Assembly (NCBI GenBank): GCA_965218095.1
Contig: OZ244587.1
Span: 1,056,001-1,120,000, forward strand
Source: Candidatus Poribacteria bacterium
GTDB taxonomy: Bacteria > Poribacteria > WGA-4E > PCPOR2b
DNA length: 64,000 bases
Reading direction: 5' to 3'
The position numbers and the translations under genes are program-made. The notes under the pieces are model-generated. The model had not been told where the DNA came from and searched no databases. It was given only the letters and a program-made list of their open reading frames with translations. Of this stretch, positions 46,179 through 55,795 are shown in pieces; position 1 is the stretch's first letter, and each line of letters opens with the position of its first letter.

Positions 46179-47555
46179 ATGTTTAAGAAAATCTTAATTG
46201 CAAATCGTGGTGAAATTGCGCTCAGGATTATCCGTGCCTGCCAGGACATGGGTATCAAGACCGTTGCTGTCTATTCGACCGCCGACAAGGATTCTTTGCA
46301 TGTCAAGTATGCAGATGACGGTTGCTGTATCGGTCCACCCGCTTCAACGGAAAGTTACCTCAAACATCCCAATATCATTACGGTTGCTGAACTAACCAAT
46401 GCGGATGCTATTCACCCCGGCGCTGGGTTTTTAGCAGAAGATGCCCAATTTGCCGAGATCTGTCAAGCCCACAAGATTGCGTTCATCGGACCGACGGTCG
46501 ACAACTTGAGGACAATGGGGGACAAGGCACAGGCGCGGGAAACGATGTCGAAAGCAGGGCTTGATTTAGTACCGGGTAGTCGCAGCAGCCGCCACGGTCT
46601 TCGGCGAAGTCTTAAAAAAGGTGTGATTGAAAATGCTGAGGAAGCTGTCGAACTTTCGGAGAAGATCGGCTATCCGGTTGGCATCAAAGCGTCGGCCGGC
46701 GGCGGTGGACGTGGCATCCGGATCGCACACAACAGCATCAGTCTGAGGAATCTCTTCCACACCGCGAAAGCAGAAGCTGAGTCTGCATTTGGCAACGCTG
46801 ATGTGTACATTGAGAAGTGGATCGAGAATGCACGCCACATTGAGGTGCAGATTCTGGCAGATAATCACGGAAACGCCATCCATCTCGGTGAACGGGAATG
46901 CTCCATCCAGCGGAAACACCAAAAGTTAGTTGAGGAAGCCCCTGCTCCATCGCTACCCCCGAAGGTAAGGAGTGAGATTTGCAAGGCAGCCACTAAAGCG
47001 GCGAAAGCGATTGGCTTTACGAATGCCGGGACGATCGAGTTCGTCGTAGACTCCGAAGACAATTTCTACTTCCTTGAGATGAACACACGCATACAGGTCG
47101 AGCATACGATAACAGAGATGATCACGGGAATTGACCTAATCAAAGAACAGATTCGTCTCGCATGGGGCGAAGAACTCGGATACAGCCAATCAGGCGTTCA
47201 GATGAACGGGCATGCAATCGAGTGCCGGATTAACGCGGAAGATCCCGATAATGGTTTCACGCCTTCCCCCGGCAAGATTGAAGCGTACCTGCCGCCTGGT
47301 GGAATCGGCATACGGGTGGATGGCTACGTCTATCCCGGCTACGTTGTGCCGCCTTATTACGATTCGTTAGTTGCAAAACTAATTGCACACGGCAGAGACC
47401 GAGAGGAAGCAATCGCTCGCATGAAGCGGGCTTTGGGAGAATTTATATTTGAGGGGATTAAAACCTCTTTGCCGCTCCACGAAAAAACCATGAATGATGA
47501 ACGTTTTCTAAATGGACAGATCTCTACAAATTTTTTGGATTCACTCAGTCAGTAA
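46179..47555 (+). CDS. accC: Acetyl-CoA carboxylase biotin carboxylase subunit
   Basis: [21 protein letters not shown] and [10 protein letters not shown] motifs. Confidence 0.95.
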   Translation: MFKKILIANRGEIALRIIRACQDMGIKTVAVYSTADKDSLHVKYADDGCCIGPPASTESYLKHPNIITVAELTNADAIHPGAGFLAEDAQFAEICQAHKIAFIGPTVDNLRTMGDKAQARETMSKAGLDLVPGSRSSRHGLRRSLKKGVIENAEEAVELSEKIGYPVGIKASAGGGGRGIRIAHNSISLRNLFHTAKAEAESAFGNADVYIEKWIENARHIEVQILADNHGNAIHLGERECSIQRKHQKLVEEAPAPSLPPKVRSEICKAATKAAKAIGFTNAGTIEFVVDSEDNFYFLEMNTRIQVEHTITEMITGIDLIKEQIRLAWGEELGYSQSGVQMNGHAIECRINAEDPDNGFTPSPGKIEAYLPPGGIGIRVDGYVYPGYVVPPYYDSLVAKLIAHGRDREEAIARMKRALGEFIFEGIKTSLPLHEKTMNDERFLNGQISTNFLDSLSQ

Positions 47556-47563
47556 GTTTATCC

Positions 47564-48268
47564 ATGCCCCTTTCTATTGACGTTGTTTTTACACCCGATC
47601 TCCTTCCTTTTTCTGATCTCACCGGCAACATTGTTGTTGTCGCCGATATTTTGCGTGCCACAACCACCATCACCTTTGCAATGGCAAACGGCACGACGAG
47701 CATCACGCCTGTCCTGACTCCTGAGAACGCACTTCGTCTCGCGGCGAATCAACCGGATACCCTAATCGGCGGCGAGCGGGGTGGAAAAAAGGTGCGGGGT
47801 TTTGATCTCGGAAATTCGCCGCGTGAGTATACCCAGGCGATTGTTTCTCGCAAGCGGATCGTTTTAACCACGACAAACGGCACACGGACCTTACAGGCGT
47901 GTCGTTCTGCTGAACAAGTTCTCGTCGGATCTTTCCTCAATCTTCGAGCAATCATCAACCGGCTCGTTCAAGTTGAAGGGGAAGTGATCTTTGCCTGCTC
48001 TGGTCGAGAAGGTGGTTTCTGTATGGAGGACACCGTTTTTGCGGGCGCATGTGTAGACGTGCTGAAGGACGCCCAACTGACTGACTCCGCCGAAGCAGCC
48101 AAAACCCTCTATCAAAGGCATCGCTACAACCTGCTCGGTATGCTGAAGAATTGCTATCACGGTCGAAACCTCACCAGCATTGGGTTAGCTGGCGATCTTG
48201 AGTTTTGCGCCCAAACGGATTTCGTTGACGTCGTTCCCCGCCAAATTGATGGACGGATTATCGTTTAA
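47564..48268 (+). CDS. comB: 2-phosphosulfolactate phosphatase
   Basis: DILRATT, GGER.G, GFDLGNSP and TTNGT motifs. Confidence 0.88.
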   Translation: MPLSIDVVFTPDLLPFSDLTGNIVVVADILRATTTITFAMANGTTSITPVLTPENALRLAANQPDTLIGGERGGKKVRGFDLGNSPREYTQAIVSRKRIVLTTTNGTRTLQACRSAEQVLVGSFLNLRAIINRLVQVEGEVIFACSGREGGFCMEDTVFAGACVDVLKDAQLTDSAEAAKTLYQRHRYNLLGMLKNCYHGRNLTSIGLAGDLEFCAQTDFVDVVPRQIDGRIIV

Positions 48269-48582
48269 AACGTGAGGCGCGATTCGTGGAGATAGGCATC
48301 AGGACTCAGGTATCAGGCATTCGCACCCAATCCTCATACCTGACACCTGAACAAATTTGCAGATTTGCTTATTCCTCGCGCCACGGCGGCGCCATCCACG
48401 AATTGAACCAATTCCACTTCCAAAGCACCTTCTTTGCAGGCATTTCAAGTTCGTATTCAATACCAGCGGTGAAGGGCAGCACCTTGGTCTGGTCGCCGAC
48501 AGTCTCCCTTATTCACTCGATGAAAGCGGCGACATCGGTAACATGAGGAAATTGAAACCGGGGAAATAGGGAATAGACGGCC

Positions 48583-49035
48583 ATGAAAAAAATTGTCATT
48601 AGTGCTTGTCTTATCGGTGTGCAGTGCCGCTATAATGGCCTCAATAGCAAAAGTGAACAGGTCACGCAAGAATTTGGAGCGAATGAGTTGATTCCGATCT
48701 GTCCTGAACAACTGGGAGGGCTTCCGACCCCCCGCCCGCCTGCTGAGATTGTCGGTGAAGACGGGGATGATGTACTTGATGGGAAGGCTCGTGTGGTCAC
48801 GGCAGATGGTGAGGATAAAACCGAAGCATTCTTGTGTGGTGCGCATCGCGCCTTGGAAATCGCCCAGGCGCATGACGCCACGCATGCCATGCTCAAGTCG
48901 AAAAGCCCGTCCTGTGGATGTGGACAGATTTACGATGGTTCTTTTTCCGGCAACCTCACCAATGGCGTCGGTGTAACTGCGGCGCTATTTCGTAGACACG
49001 GGATACAAATCATAACGGAAAAGGATCTGGAATGA
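48583..49035 (+). CDS. DUF523 / 2-thiouracil desulfurase family protein
   Basis: SACL.G..CRY.G, CPEQLGGL.TPR and KSKSPSCG motifs. Confidence 0.88.
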   Translation: MKKIVISACLIGVQCRYNGLNSKSEQVTQEFGANELIPICPEQLGGLPTPRPPAEIVGEDGDDVLDGKARVVTADGEDKTEAFLCGAHRALEIAQAHDATHAMLKSKSPSCGCGQIYDGSFSGNLTNGVGVTAALFRRHGIQIITEKDLE

Positions 49036-49240
49036 CTCGAATCTGGAACTCCTATGCTAACGCCATGCTTCTGACCAACGTCGCGTATGATGATAACCAC
49101 TGCGGATGCGCCATTCTCGGAGGACATCGAGTCGTTCCTGTTTTTTCGCAGCCGCTGACGGTTCGCCCTACAGGTTCTGAACCTCGCCGGGATCTTTGAC
49201 TTTCCTCTAAATAAATTTTAAGGATTCATTGCAATCAGAC

Positions 49241-49269
49241 TTGACAAAGATTTCTAAACGGTGTACACT
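49241..49269 (+). promoter_or_regulatory. Sigma70-type nadA promoter
   Basis: TTGACA-N17-TACACT. Confidence 0.65.
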
Positions 49270-49272
49270 CTA

Positions 49273-49539
49273 CTAAAGTTTGGACAAGTGTGCTAAAGTG
49301 TCTAAAGTTATCTTGTCGCGTTGTACGTTTGCCCATTATCTCCCGAACCCACTGACGGGTATACCCTTTTCGGCGCGTCCGACACCGGTCCGACCATGAC
49401 CTGGTCAAAGGGGGGGCAATTGGCCGAGGGCAATCGCGTTGAATTTGGTGGGAGTGATCCCGATTGGCAAGACAGGCGCAAAATGGCAGCCACCCGACCA
49501 TTGTTCGCCCCGCGCCCTATGAAATTGTCCAAACTTTAG
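49273..49539. mobile_element. 267-bp MITE
   Basis: Perfect 15-bp IR CTAAAGTTTGGACAA and 9-bp duplication TACACTCTA (49264-49272, 49540-49548). Confidence 0.9.
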
Positions 49540-49681
49540 TACACTCTAAGGCAACTGAGAAAAATGACAAAAATTTTGCGTATTTATTGACTGAGTGTCA
49601 AGAACATCCTCAGAGGAACACACTTAAAAATCAGAGATTATGAGGTGAAATACACTCCGAAGGATTCAGGGGTGAAAAAAC

Positions 49682-50791
49682 ATGAATTCCCAACCGACAG
49701 CGTCCCAGGACAGTGCGGATACGGTAGATTTCAGTATTGAAGATGTGAAGAAAGAACTCTATGAACGGAACCATCCAAGTTTAACGCCTATCGACATAGA
49801 GGTACACGCAGAAATAGTATATAAGATCTTGAAGCTGAAGAAAAAACACGACGTGTTGATGCTCGGCCATAACTACATGGAACCCCTTGTGTTTGGTTTA
49901 TCAACGAAAAAGGAGCAAGGCGACTCGCTTGGATTGAGCATGCACGCCGCAAAGACAGATGCGCCATACATTCTTTTTAATGGCGTGCCATTCATGGCAG
50001 AAACAGCGAAAATCCTCAACCCTTCAAAAACCGTCCTCGTCGCTGATAAGACAGCAGGCTGCTCGCTGGCGGATAATTTTGGTGCGGAGGAGGTCAGGAA
50101 GCTGAAGGCGCTTTACCCCGGCGTCCCCGTCATGATTTACATCAACAGCTACGCCGACGCGAAAGCGGAATCGGACATCTGCTGTACATCAGCAAATGCC
50201 GCCCAAATTGCGCAAGACATGCCAGGTGACAAAATCCTTTTTGTTCCTGACATTTTCTTCGCAGAGAATTTAGAGGAGGAGCTCAAAGGAACAAAGACCG
50301 TTATCTATCCTGGCAAAGGCAACCAGGAGAAAGGCGCAGTATGTGAGGTTCATGAAAGATTCTTACTTTCAGACCTTCTAGCAATCAGAGAATCGTTTGA
50401 CATCCCCAAGGGCCACCCCAAGAGAATACTCTATGCACACTGGGAATGTCGGCTTGAGGTTCTCCAGGAAGCAGATTTTTATGGCAGCACCAGCCAGATA
50501 GGGAGGGACATCGCCAAAAGGGTAGCAGAAAATCGACTGGAGCGCGCTTTTGTGGCTTCGGAATGTGAGTTGACCTCCAACCTGGCGCAAGAGTTCCCAA
50601 CCGTCGAATTTTGGACAGCATGTTCTGTGCGATGCTCGCACATGGCAAAGGTGACGCTCAATAAAGTGCTGAGTCGCCTGGAAGCACTCGATCGGGGTGA
50701 CGATTTGAGTCGGTGTGAAATCACACTCAGTCCCGAGGTCATTGAGCAAGCAAGAATGCCCATTGAACGGATGCTTGAGATGAGTGCGTAA
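49682..50791 (+). CDS. nadA: Quinolinate synthase
   Basis: GHNY, GDSL.L, FMAETAK, AGCSLA, YINS, CEVH, GST and C.HM motifs. Confidence 0.92.
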   Translation: MNSQPTASQDSADTVDFSIEDVKKELYERNHPSLTPIDIEVHAEIVYKILKLKKKHDVLMLGHNYMEPLVFGLSTKKEQGDSLGLSMHAAKTDAPYILFNGVPFMAETAKILNPSKTVLVADKTAGCSLADNFGAEEVRKLKALYPGVPVMIYINSYADAKAESDICCTSANAAQIAQDMPGDKILFVPDIFFAENLEEELKGTKTVIYPGKGNQEKGAVCEVHERFLLSDLLAIRESFDIPKGHPKRILYAHWECRLEVLQEADFYGSTSQIGRDIAKRVAENRLERAFVASECELTSNLAQEFPTVEFWTACSVRCSHMAKVTLNKVLSRLEALDRGDDLSRCEITLSPEVIEQARMPIERMLEMSA

Positions 50792-50951
50792 AACGTGAAA
50801 CGTGATGAGTATAGCAGTTGTGTCAATGGAAAAGTGTTGAGGTTACAGATTCCCTACGCTCTCGTTGAAACAATCCAACGAGAGCGTAGGGAATTTCTAT
50901 GTTGACACGAGGTTTTTCGTTTATGAGTTGGAGATAGGCGGCGAATAAGGT

Positions 50952-51365
50952 ATGGCCGACGGATTCAATGCACCGGGCGTCGTCAAGCCCTTTGGGATTT
51001 TCTCCAGTGCAGCATGGCAGCCAGAGGGCAAAGTCCTCCACATTTCTGGCCAAGTTGCCCAGGATCCCGACGGCAACACGGTGGGCGTCGATGATATCAA
51101 AGTCCAGACTCAACAGGTGCTTACAAACATTCAGGACGTTCTTGCCAGTGTCGGCGGGAGAATGTCGGACATTGTCAAGGTCACGGTCTTCGTGACCGAT
51201 ATGTCGACGCTCGTGGATGTCCACACAGTGCGTGCGGAGTTCTTCGATCCGCCGTACCCCGCAAGCACACTGGTCAAGGTCAGTCAGTTGGTCAAGCCCG
51301 AGTGGATGATTGAGATCGAGGCGGTGGCGGTGATTCCATTTGACCGGGTCAAAGCACCCGCTTAG
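50952..51365 (+). CDS. RidA/YjgF family protein
   Basis: ISGQV, VKVTVFV, PAST.V.V and IEIEAVA motifs. Confidence 0.9.
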   Translation: MADGFNAPGVVKPFGIFSSAAWQPEGKVLHISGQVAQDPDGNTVGVDDIKVQTQQVLTNIQDVLASVGGRMSDIVKVTVFVTDMSTLVDVHTVRAEFFDPPYPASTLVKVSQLVKPEWMIEIEAVAVIPFDRVKAPA

Positions 51366-51770
51366 TGCGTGTGCCCAACATGATTCTGGAGATTGACCAA
51401 GACGACGCGCCGTGGGAGGATTATCGAAAATCTCTTATTGCGTGATGCTACGATAAGTTTTGTAAAAAAGGCTACAAACAGTGCCCGTAAGAAACAAAAA
51501 AAATCCCTAATGACCAGAACCATGTAAAGAAGTGACCTCATTTCTGTATTGCTGTTGTCGAATCTTTTGATTTCTTTTTATAGTGCGAGAGAGTTGAAGG
51601 TAAAGTTTGGACCGTAAAATTATCACAAAAACGATGGTTTATTTGACAAGAATCGTTATCGTGAAAACGGCAGACAAAACGATAAGAATCGTTATAAAAT
51701 GAATTGAGTCATTACCTCTTCACGTAATTTCGCTAAAAATCATATCCAAAACCATCAGATACTTGCGCGG

Positions 51771-52610
51771 TTATTCATTAACGCCCATCTTCCAATCTTT
51801 CTGTCCCCGATGGGGTCTCGCTAAAGATTTGAGTTTTGCCAACGCTTCCTGCGCCTCGATTTGCCAAGGCCGATAAGCCGGTTTATCGCGTTTTTGGGGT
51901 GGGGCGCTGAGTACAAGAATGTACGCGCGACGTGGCTGATCGGTTATATTGGGGGCGGAGTAATGCAAGGTTCGGCAGTGGTGGAATGTGGCGCCGCCGA
52001 CCGGAATTGGGCATGCAACCGCCTGCGACGGATCGACGTCATCGGTGACTAACCCATGAACTAGTGGGTCGTCGTTAATGTGGTGATGCCACCGGATGTT
52101 GCCTTTGTGCGAACTTGGAATGAATTGCAGGCAGCCACTCTCTAACGTCGCTGGATCCAAGGGCAACCATACGCTGAGGCTGTGCGGGATAATTTCTGGA
52201 TTCCAATAGGCTTCATCCTGATGCCAGGGGGTCTCGCTGCCGTATTGGGCAGGCTTCAAAATCATGTGTCCACCACCGCTGACTTTTCCTTTTTCAACCC
52301 CAAGCAGTCGAGCAGCCAGCTTTCGCGCATTTCGGAAATAGACGGTTTCCCGGAGTTCTGGAAACTTCGCGTCCGGACGGAGCACCTGTGGGAGCACCTC
52401 CCTCCCGTCATGCGCCCGTGGCCCCGCCAAGTCAAAATATTGCCCTTTCTCCTCGTCCACCCGCCGCTCAAAGAGCTGATCGTAGACGCCCTTGAGCCGC
52501 CCCACCTCCTCGTCAGTGGTGATACGCTCAATGCTCAAGAACCCATTTTCACCGAAGAAAGTGATCTGCTCCTCCGTAAAATCAACTTCAAAGTTAGCGT
52601 TTTGTCTCAT
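51771..52610 (-). CDS. Phytanoyl-CoA dioxygenase (PhyH) family protein
   Basis: TPWHQD, SGCL.FIP.SH and TLH.S..N....RR motifs. Confidence 0.9.
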   Translation of the reverse strand: MRQNANFEVDFTEEQITFFGENGFLSIERITTDEEVGRLKGVYDQLFERRVDEEKGQYFDLAGPRAHDGREVLPQVLRPDAKFPELRETVYFRNARKLAARLLGVEKGKVSGGGHMILKPAQYGSETPWHQDEAYWNPEIIPHSLSVWLPLDPATLESGCLQFIPSSHKGNIRWHHHINDDPLVHGLVTDDVDPSQAVACPIPVGGATFHHCRTLHYSAPNITDQPRRAYILVLSAPPQKRDKPAYRPWQIEAQEALAKLKSLARPHRGQKDWKMGVNE

Positions 52611-52757
52611 ATTTTCTCTCCTTCACTCAGATCTGCATCCATCATATTCTGCGGCTCAGTTATTATAACAACAGTGAGATCCGATAACAAGGCAATACGG
52701 GGCGATTTCAGGGAATTCAATTCTCCAACTCCTCCCACCAACTCGTTGCTACTCAAT

Positions 52758-52788
52758 AAAAAAGGCTCCCATAAATTTGGGAGCCTTT
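52758..52788 (-). terminator. Intrinsic terminator after the cold-shock gene
   Basis: AAAGGCTCCCA-AATT-TATGGGAGCC-T6 on the minus strand. Confidence 0.75.
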
Positions 52789-52834
52789 CCTGTTTGCATG
52801 GCCTGATACCGGGTCGATTTTGACTTTACCAACC

Positions 52835-53035
52835 TTAAACCTTCACAACTTCTTCTGCCTGATAGCCCTTGGGCCCTTTTACGATGTTAAGTTCGACCTC
52901 TTGTCCCTCATCAAGGGATTTGAATCCAACTCCGTCAATGGCGGAATAATGCACAAACACATCTTCCCCTTCATCGGTGGTTATGAACCCGTAACCTTTT
53001 TGGTCGCTGAACCATTTTACACGACCTCTTGCCAT
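52835..53035 (-). CDS. Cold-shock protein (CspA family)
   Basis: VKWF...KGYGFI and VFVHYSAI motifs; RBS AGGAGG. Confidence 0.95.
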   Translation of the reverse strand: MARGRVKWFSDQKGYGFITTDEGEDVFVHYSAIDGVGFKSLDEGQEVELNIVKGPKGYQAEEVVKV

Positions 53036-53200
53036 CGTTTTGCACCTCCTTCCACTTCCAATGTTTAACTGCAAACGGCTCACTTATAGCTAAAGAAGCA
53101 TCGAGGTACAAAATGACAGCAAATCTGGGGAAGATACCTCAGTTTTGCCCCTCACACCACTTACAGAGCTTACTTGAATCCATTGTACAGTTACGCCTAT

Positions 53201-53229
53201 ATTATACTTCGCCCCCAATGGAAATGCAA
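53201..53229 (-). promoter_or_regulatory. Promoter of the csp gene, implying a 5' UTR of about 160 nt
   Basis: TTGCAT-N17-TATAAT on the minus strand. Confidence 0.7.
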
Positions 53230-53404
53230 GAATTAAGTCGATGTATCGCCAAAGCCTGAAATTTATCTCAGAGTTTGCGGAGACCGTTGCAAATCGAGTC
53301 GAGGGATACCGTTGGTTGGTGAAGGATACATTCACTTAAAACTTGCCAAACGGGGAAAATGCCAGAGACGTTCAAGTTGACAAAAGAGCTCTCTCAGAAA
53401 GTCT

Positions 53405-53631
53405 ATGGCGTTAGAAATTATCCGAAAGGATAACCGATTTTGGGTTATCGGGCAAGGAATTTCTCTCGGTTGGTTAGCCGATATCCCGGCAAATCGAAAG
53501 TTGGTACTCGTTTTTCTGCGTTGGGTTCGCAATTCAGCCGACAAACCGCGTTTCTGGTTGAGCGAGTCAAAAGAAGCATCATCTACATCAATGAAAAGTG
53601 GCTCAAGATAAAAGGCCAATGGCATTTTTAA
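53405..53631 (+). pseudogene. Possible internally deleted transposase remnant
   Basis: IYINEKWLKIKGQWHF resembles the D-E-K-W motif region of IS6/IS66-like DDE enzymes. Confidence 0.35.
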
Positions 53632-53758
53632 ATGCTTTCCGAACCTCTTCAATTGAGTCTGTCGAAGTCATGGTGAGTAGAAACCTGGAGTGTGAAACAT
53701 AAAACGAATCCTTCCCCTCCTTCCTTTCCTTCCCTGATTTCCCAATTTCCTTTATTCC

Positions 53759-54832
53759 TCAATTGTCAATCTGCACCTTCTCCTCCGTCTCCGCGCTCAA
53801 ATAGATCGCGTCCAGCAGTTTCATGAACGTCAGCGCCTCGGCAGGAGAAACATCGGGCAGATTCGTGCCACGAATTGCGCCGGCGAAATCTCGAATCTCC
53901 GCAGTGAAATCGCCGTCATCGTGTTCCACGAATTCGTCGATGAAATCATCGTCTTCGATGTAGATGGCACCAAGCAGGCGGCGCGTTCCCGAATGCTTCT
54001 TTCCCGCAGGTTGCGAAGTTGATTCCTGTTCGATTGTGCCTGCTGTCCCCAAGATGCGTAGCCGTAAATCCCATGCCCGGTCTGCCCAGGTGGCAATGAC
54101 GGCTGAGGTATCCATCTGAAGCGTGATTCCACCGCTGAATCCGACCAGAAAACTGAGATAGTCTTCGGAGTGAGATTCGACCTGCATTGTTGTCGGAAAC
54201 GCGCTATGACTCGCGGCAAACGCCCATTCGGGTTGTGGACAGCCCATCAAAAACCACGCTTAATCGAGGTAGTGCGAGCCGTGCTGTCCCAACGCCCCGC
54301 CTTTGAATCCCCATTCATATAGCCAGCGTCTGTGCTCGGGTGGATTATGGTTGACCCCGCGTTCCCGGTAGTGATAATGCACTCGCGCATGATAGACCTG
54401 CCCGATTTTACCGTCGGCAATCATCTGCCGGGTCTTTTTGTTCTCTCGCTCATGCCGCATAAAATAGGAGTACACGAGTCTTCTCCCGGTGGTTTCCGCG
54501 ACCGCGTTAATTTCTTGGACATCCGCCGCGTTACACCCGTGCGGCTTCTGAACTAACACATCCTTGCCTGCCTTTAGCGCATCAACGACCATCGGCTTCC
54601 GCACATCGGGAGGTGTGGCGACCCCAACCGCTTCCACCTCGTCATCCGCGAGCAATTCCCGATAGTCGCCATAAACTCTGGGGACATCGTTATCGTCGGC
54701 GACCTGTCGAGCGAGCTCCTGATTCAGATCGGCAACCGCCCAGGCGATTGTATCTTCGCCGTTTTTCGAGCCCGCCACCCAGGTACGACCAACTCTGCAA
54801 CCAACCACGCCAATTTTGATTTTTTCTGCCAT
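53759..54832 (-). pseudogene. Gfo/Idh/MocA oxidoreductase with one internal TAA
   Basis: IGVVGC, V.VQKP and GGAL..HGSHYLD motifs. In-frame TAA at 54260-54262; the frame continues to 53759. Confidence 0.85.
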
Positions 54833-54852
54833 TGTTACATCTCCTTTCACGT

Positions 54853-55617
54853 TCACTCATCACGCAGGAATTGATGAAGATGCGTTTTCATCAGATTATC
54901 TTGAGGTTGGTAACCGAGGATTTCAACAGCCGCGCTAATGTCAAGAAAACTTAACTGGTAATCTGTCGCATTGCCCGACCTGCCATACGTTATGAGGTAT
55001 TTCACAGGTCCCTCATAATCAACAGCGAGTCCAAAAAGTTGTGCACAGTCACGCGGCGTCAGGAGGGTACTACAAGCGCGTAAGCTATTCGCTTCGTATC
55101 CGCCGGAGAAGGTACCAATGCGGATGCTGATAAAACGCATGTCGTAAGCATCGACAAGGTAACGCCCCGCAATCTCCGTCATGCCTTTCATCGCCCCATA
55201 CCAACTATCTGGTCGAACTTGAGCACTTGTGGAGAATCGCGGCGGAGAATTCAAGTTTTCGTTCCAGCCGGTCACATGGTTTGTGGCTGCGAACACAATT
55301 TTTTGGACGCCGCCTTCGCGTGCAGCCTCAAACAACAACATTGACGCGCCAATATCCGTCACCTCACCCGGCACCTTGCCAAGGTGGACTTGAGGAACAA
55401 ACGCCAAGTGAACGAGGACATCCTGATTTTCACATAGCTCTCGCATACGCTGGTAGTCACGAACATCTCCCTGTTCGACGCGAGATTTTGCGCCATCGAC
55501 CACCTTGAGGTCTACCAATGTCAAAGTGTATTTATCTTCCTTTTCCCACGCACCCCACAATGCACTGCCGACTTTTCCTGCCGCACCTGTAATGAGAACA
55601 CGTTGTTTTTGAGCCAT
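54853..55617 (-). CDS. NAD-dependent epimerase/dehydratase (uronate dehydrogenase-like)
   Basis: ITGAAGKVG, RPDSWYGAMK and IRIG motifs. Confidence 0.85.
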   Translation of the reverse strand: MAQKQRVLITGAAGKVGSALWGAWEKEDKYTLTLVDLKVVDGAKSRVEQGDVRDYQRMRELCENQDVLVHLAFVPQVHLGKVPGEVTDIGASMLLFEAAREGGVQKIVFAATNHVTGWNENLNSPPRFSTSAQVRPDSWYGAMKGMTEIAGRYLVDAYDMRFISIRIGTFSGGYEANSLRACSTLLTPRDCAQLFGLAVDYEGPVKYLITYGRSGNATDYQLSFLDISAAVEILGYQPQDNLMKTHLHQFLRDE

Positions 55618-55736
55618 ATTTTGCTCCTTTCCTGTTATATATTGCAAAAGCATAGCACGGTTTCAAATGGTTTTCAAGCGGAATTTCGCAGAAATAGGTG
55701 AATCAGTAAATCACGCATCACGTATCCATTTCCCAA

Positions 55737-55765
55737 TTGACAAAAAAGGCGGAAACGGTTATAAT
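55737..55765 (+). promoter_or_regulatory. Perfect-consensus sigma70 promoter
   Basis: TTGACA-N17-TATAAT, 30 bp upstream of the helicase start. Confidence 0.85.
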
Positions 55766-55795
55766 CATCTTACTGTTATTTTTGAGGAGATTTGA

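Noticed and set aside
49273-49539. NAD riboswitch upstream of nadA
   Set aside because: Perfect terminal IRs plus a 9-bp target duplication explain the segment as a MITE; no riboswitch consensus was recognised.
51366-51770. AT-rich interval with a repeated AAGAATCGTTAT and a GCCCAAC after ridA
   Set aside because: Only two repeat copies and no matching attC right half; most likely a decayed gene.
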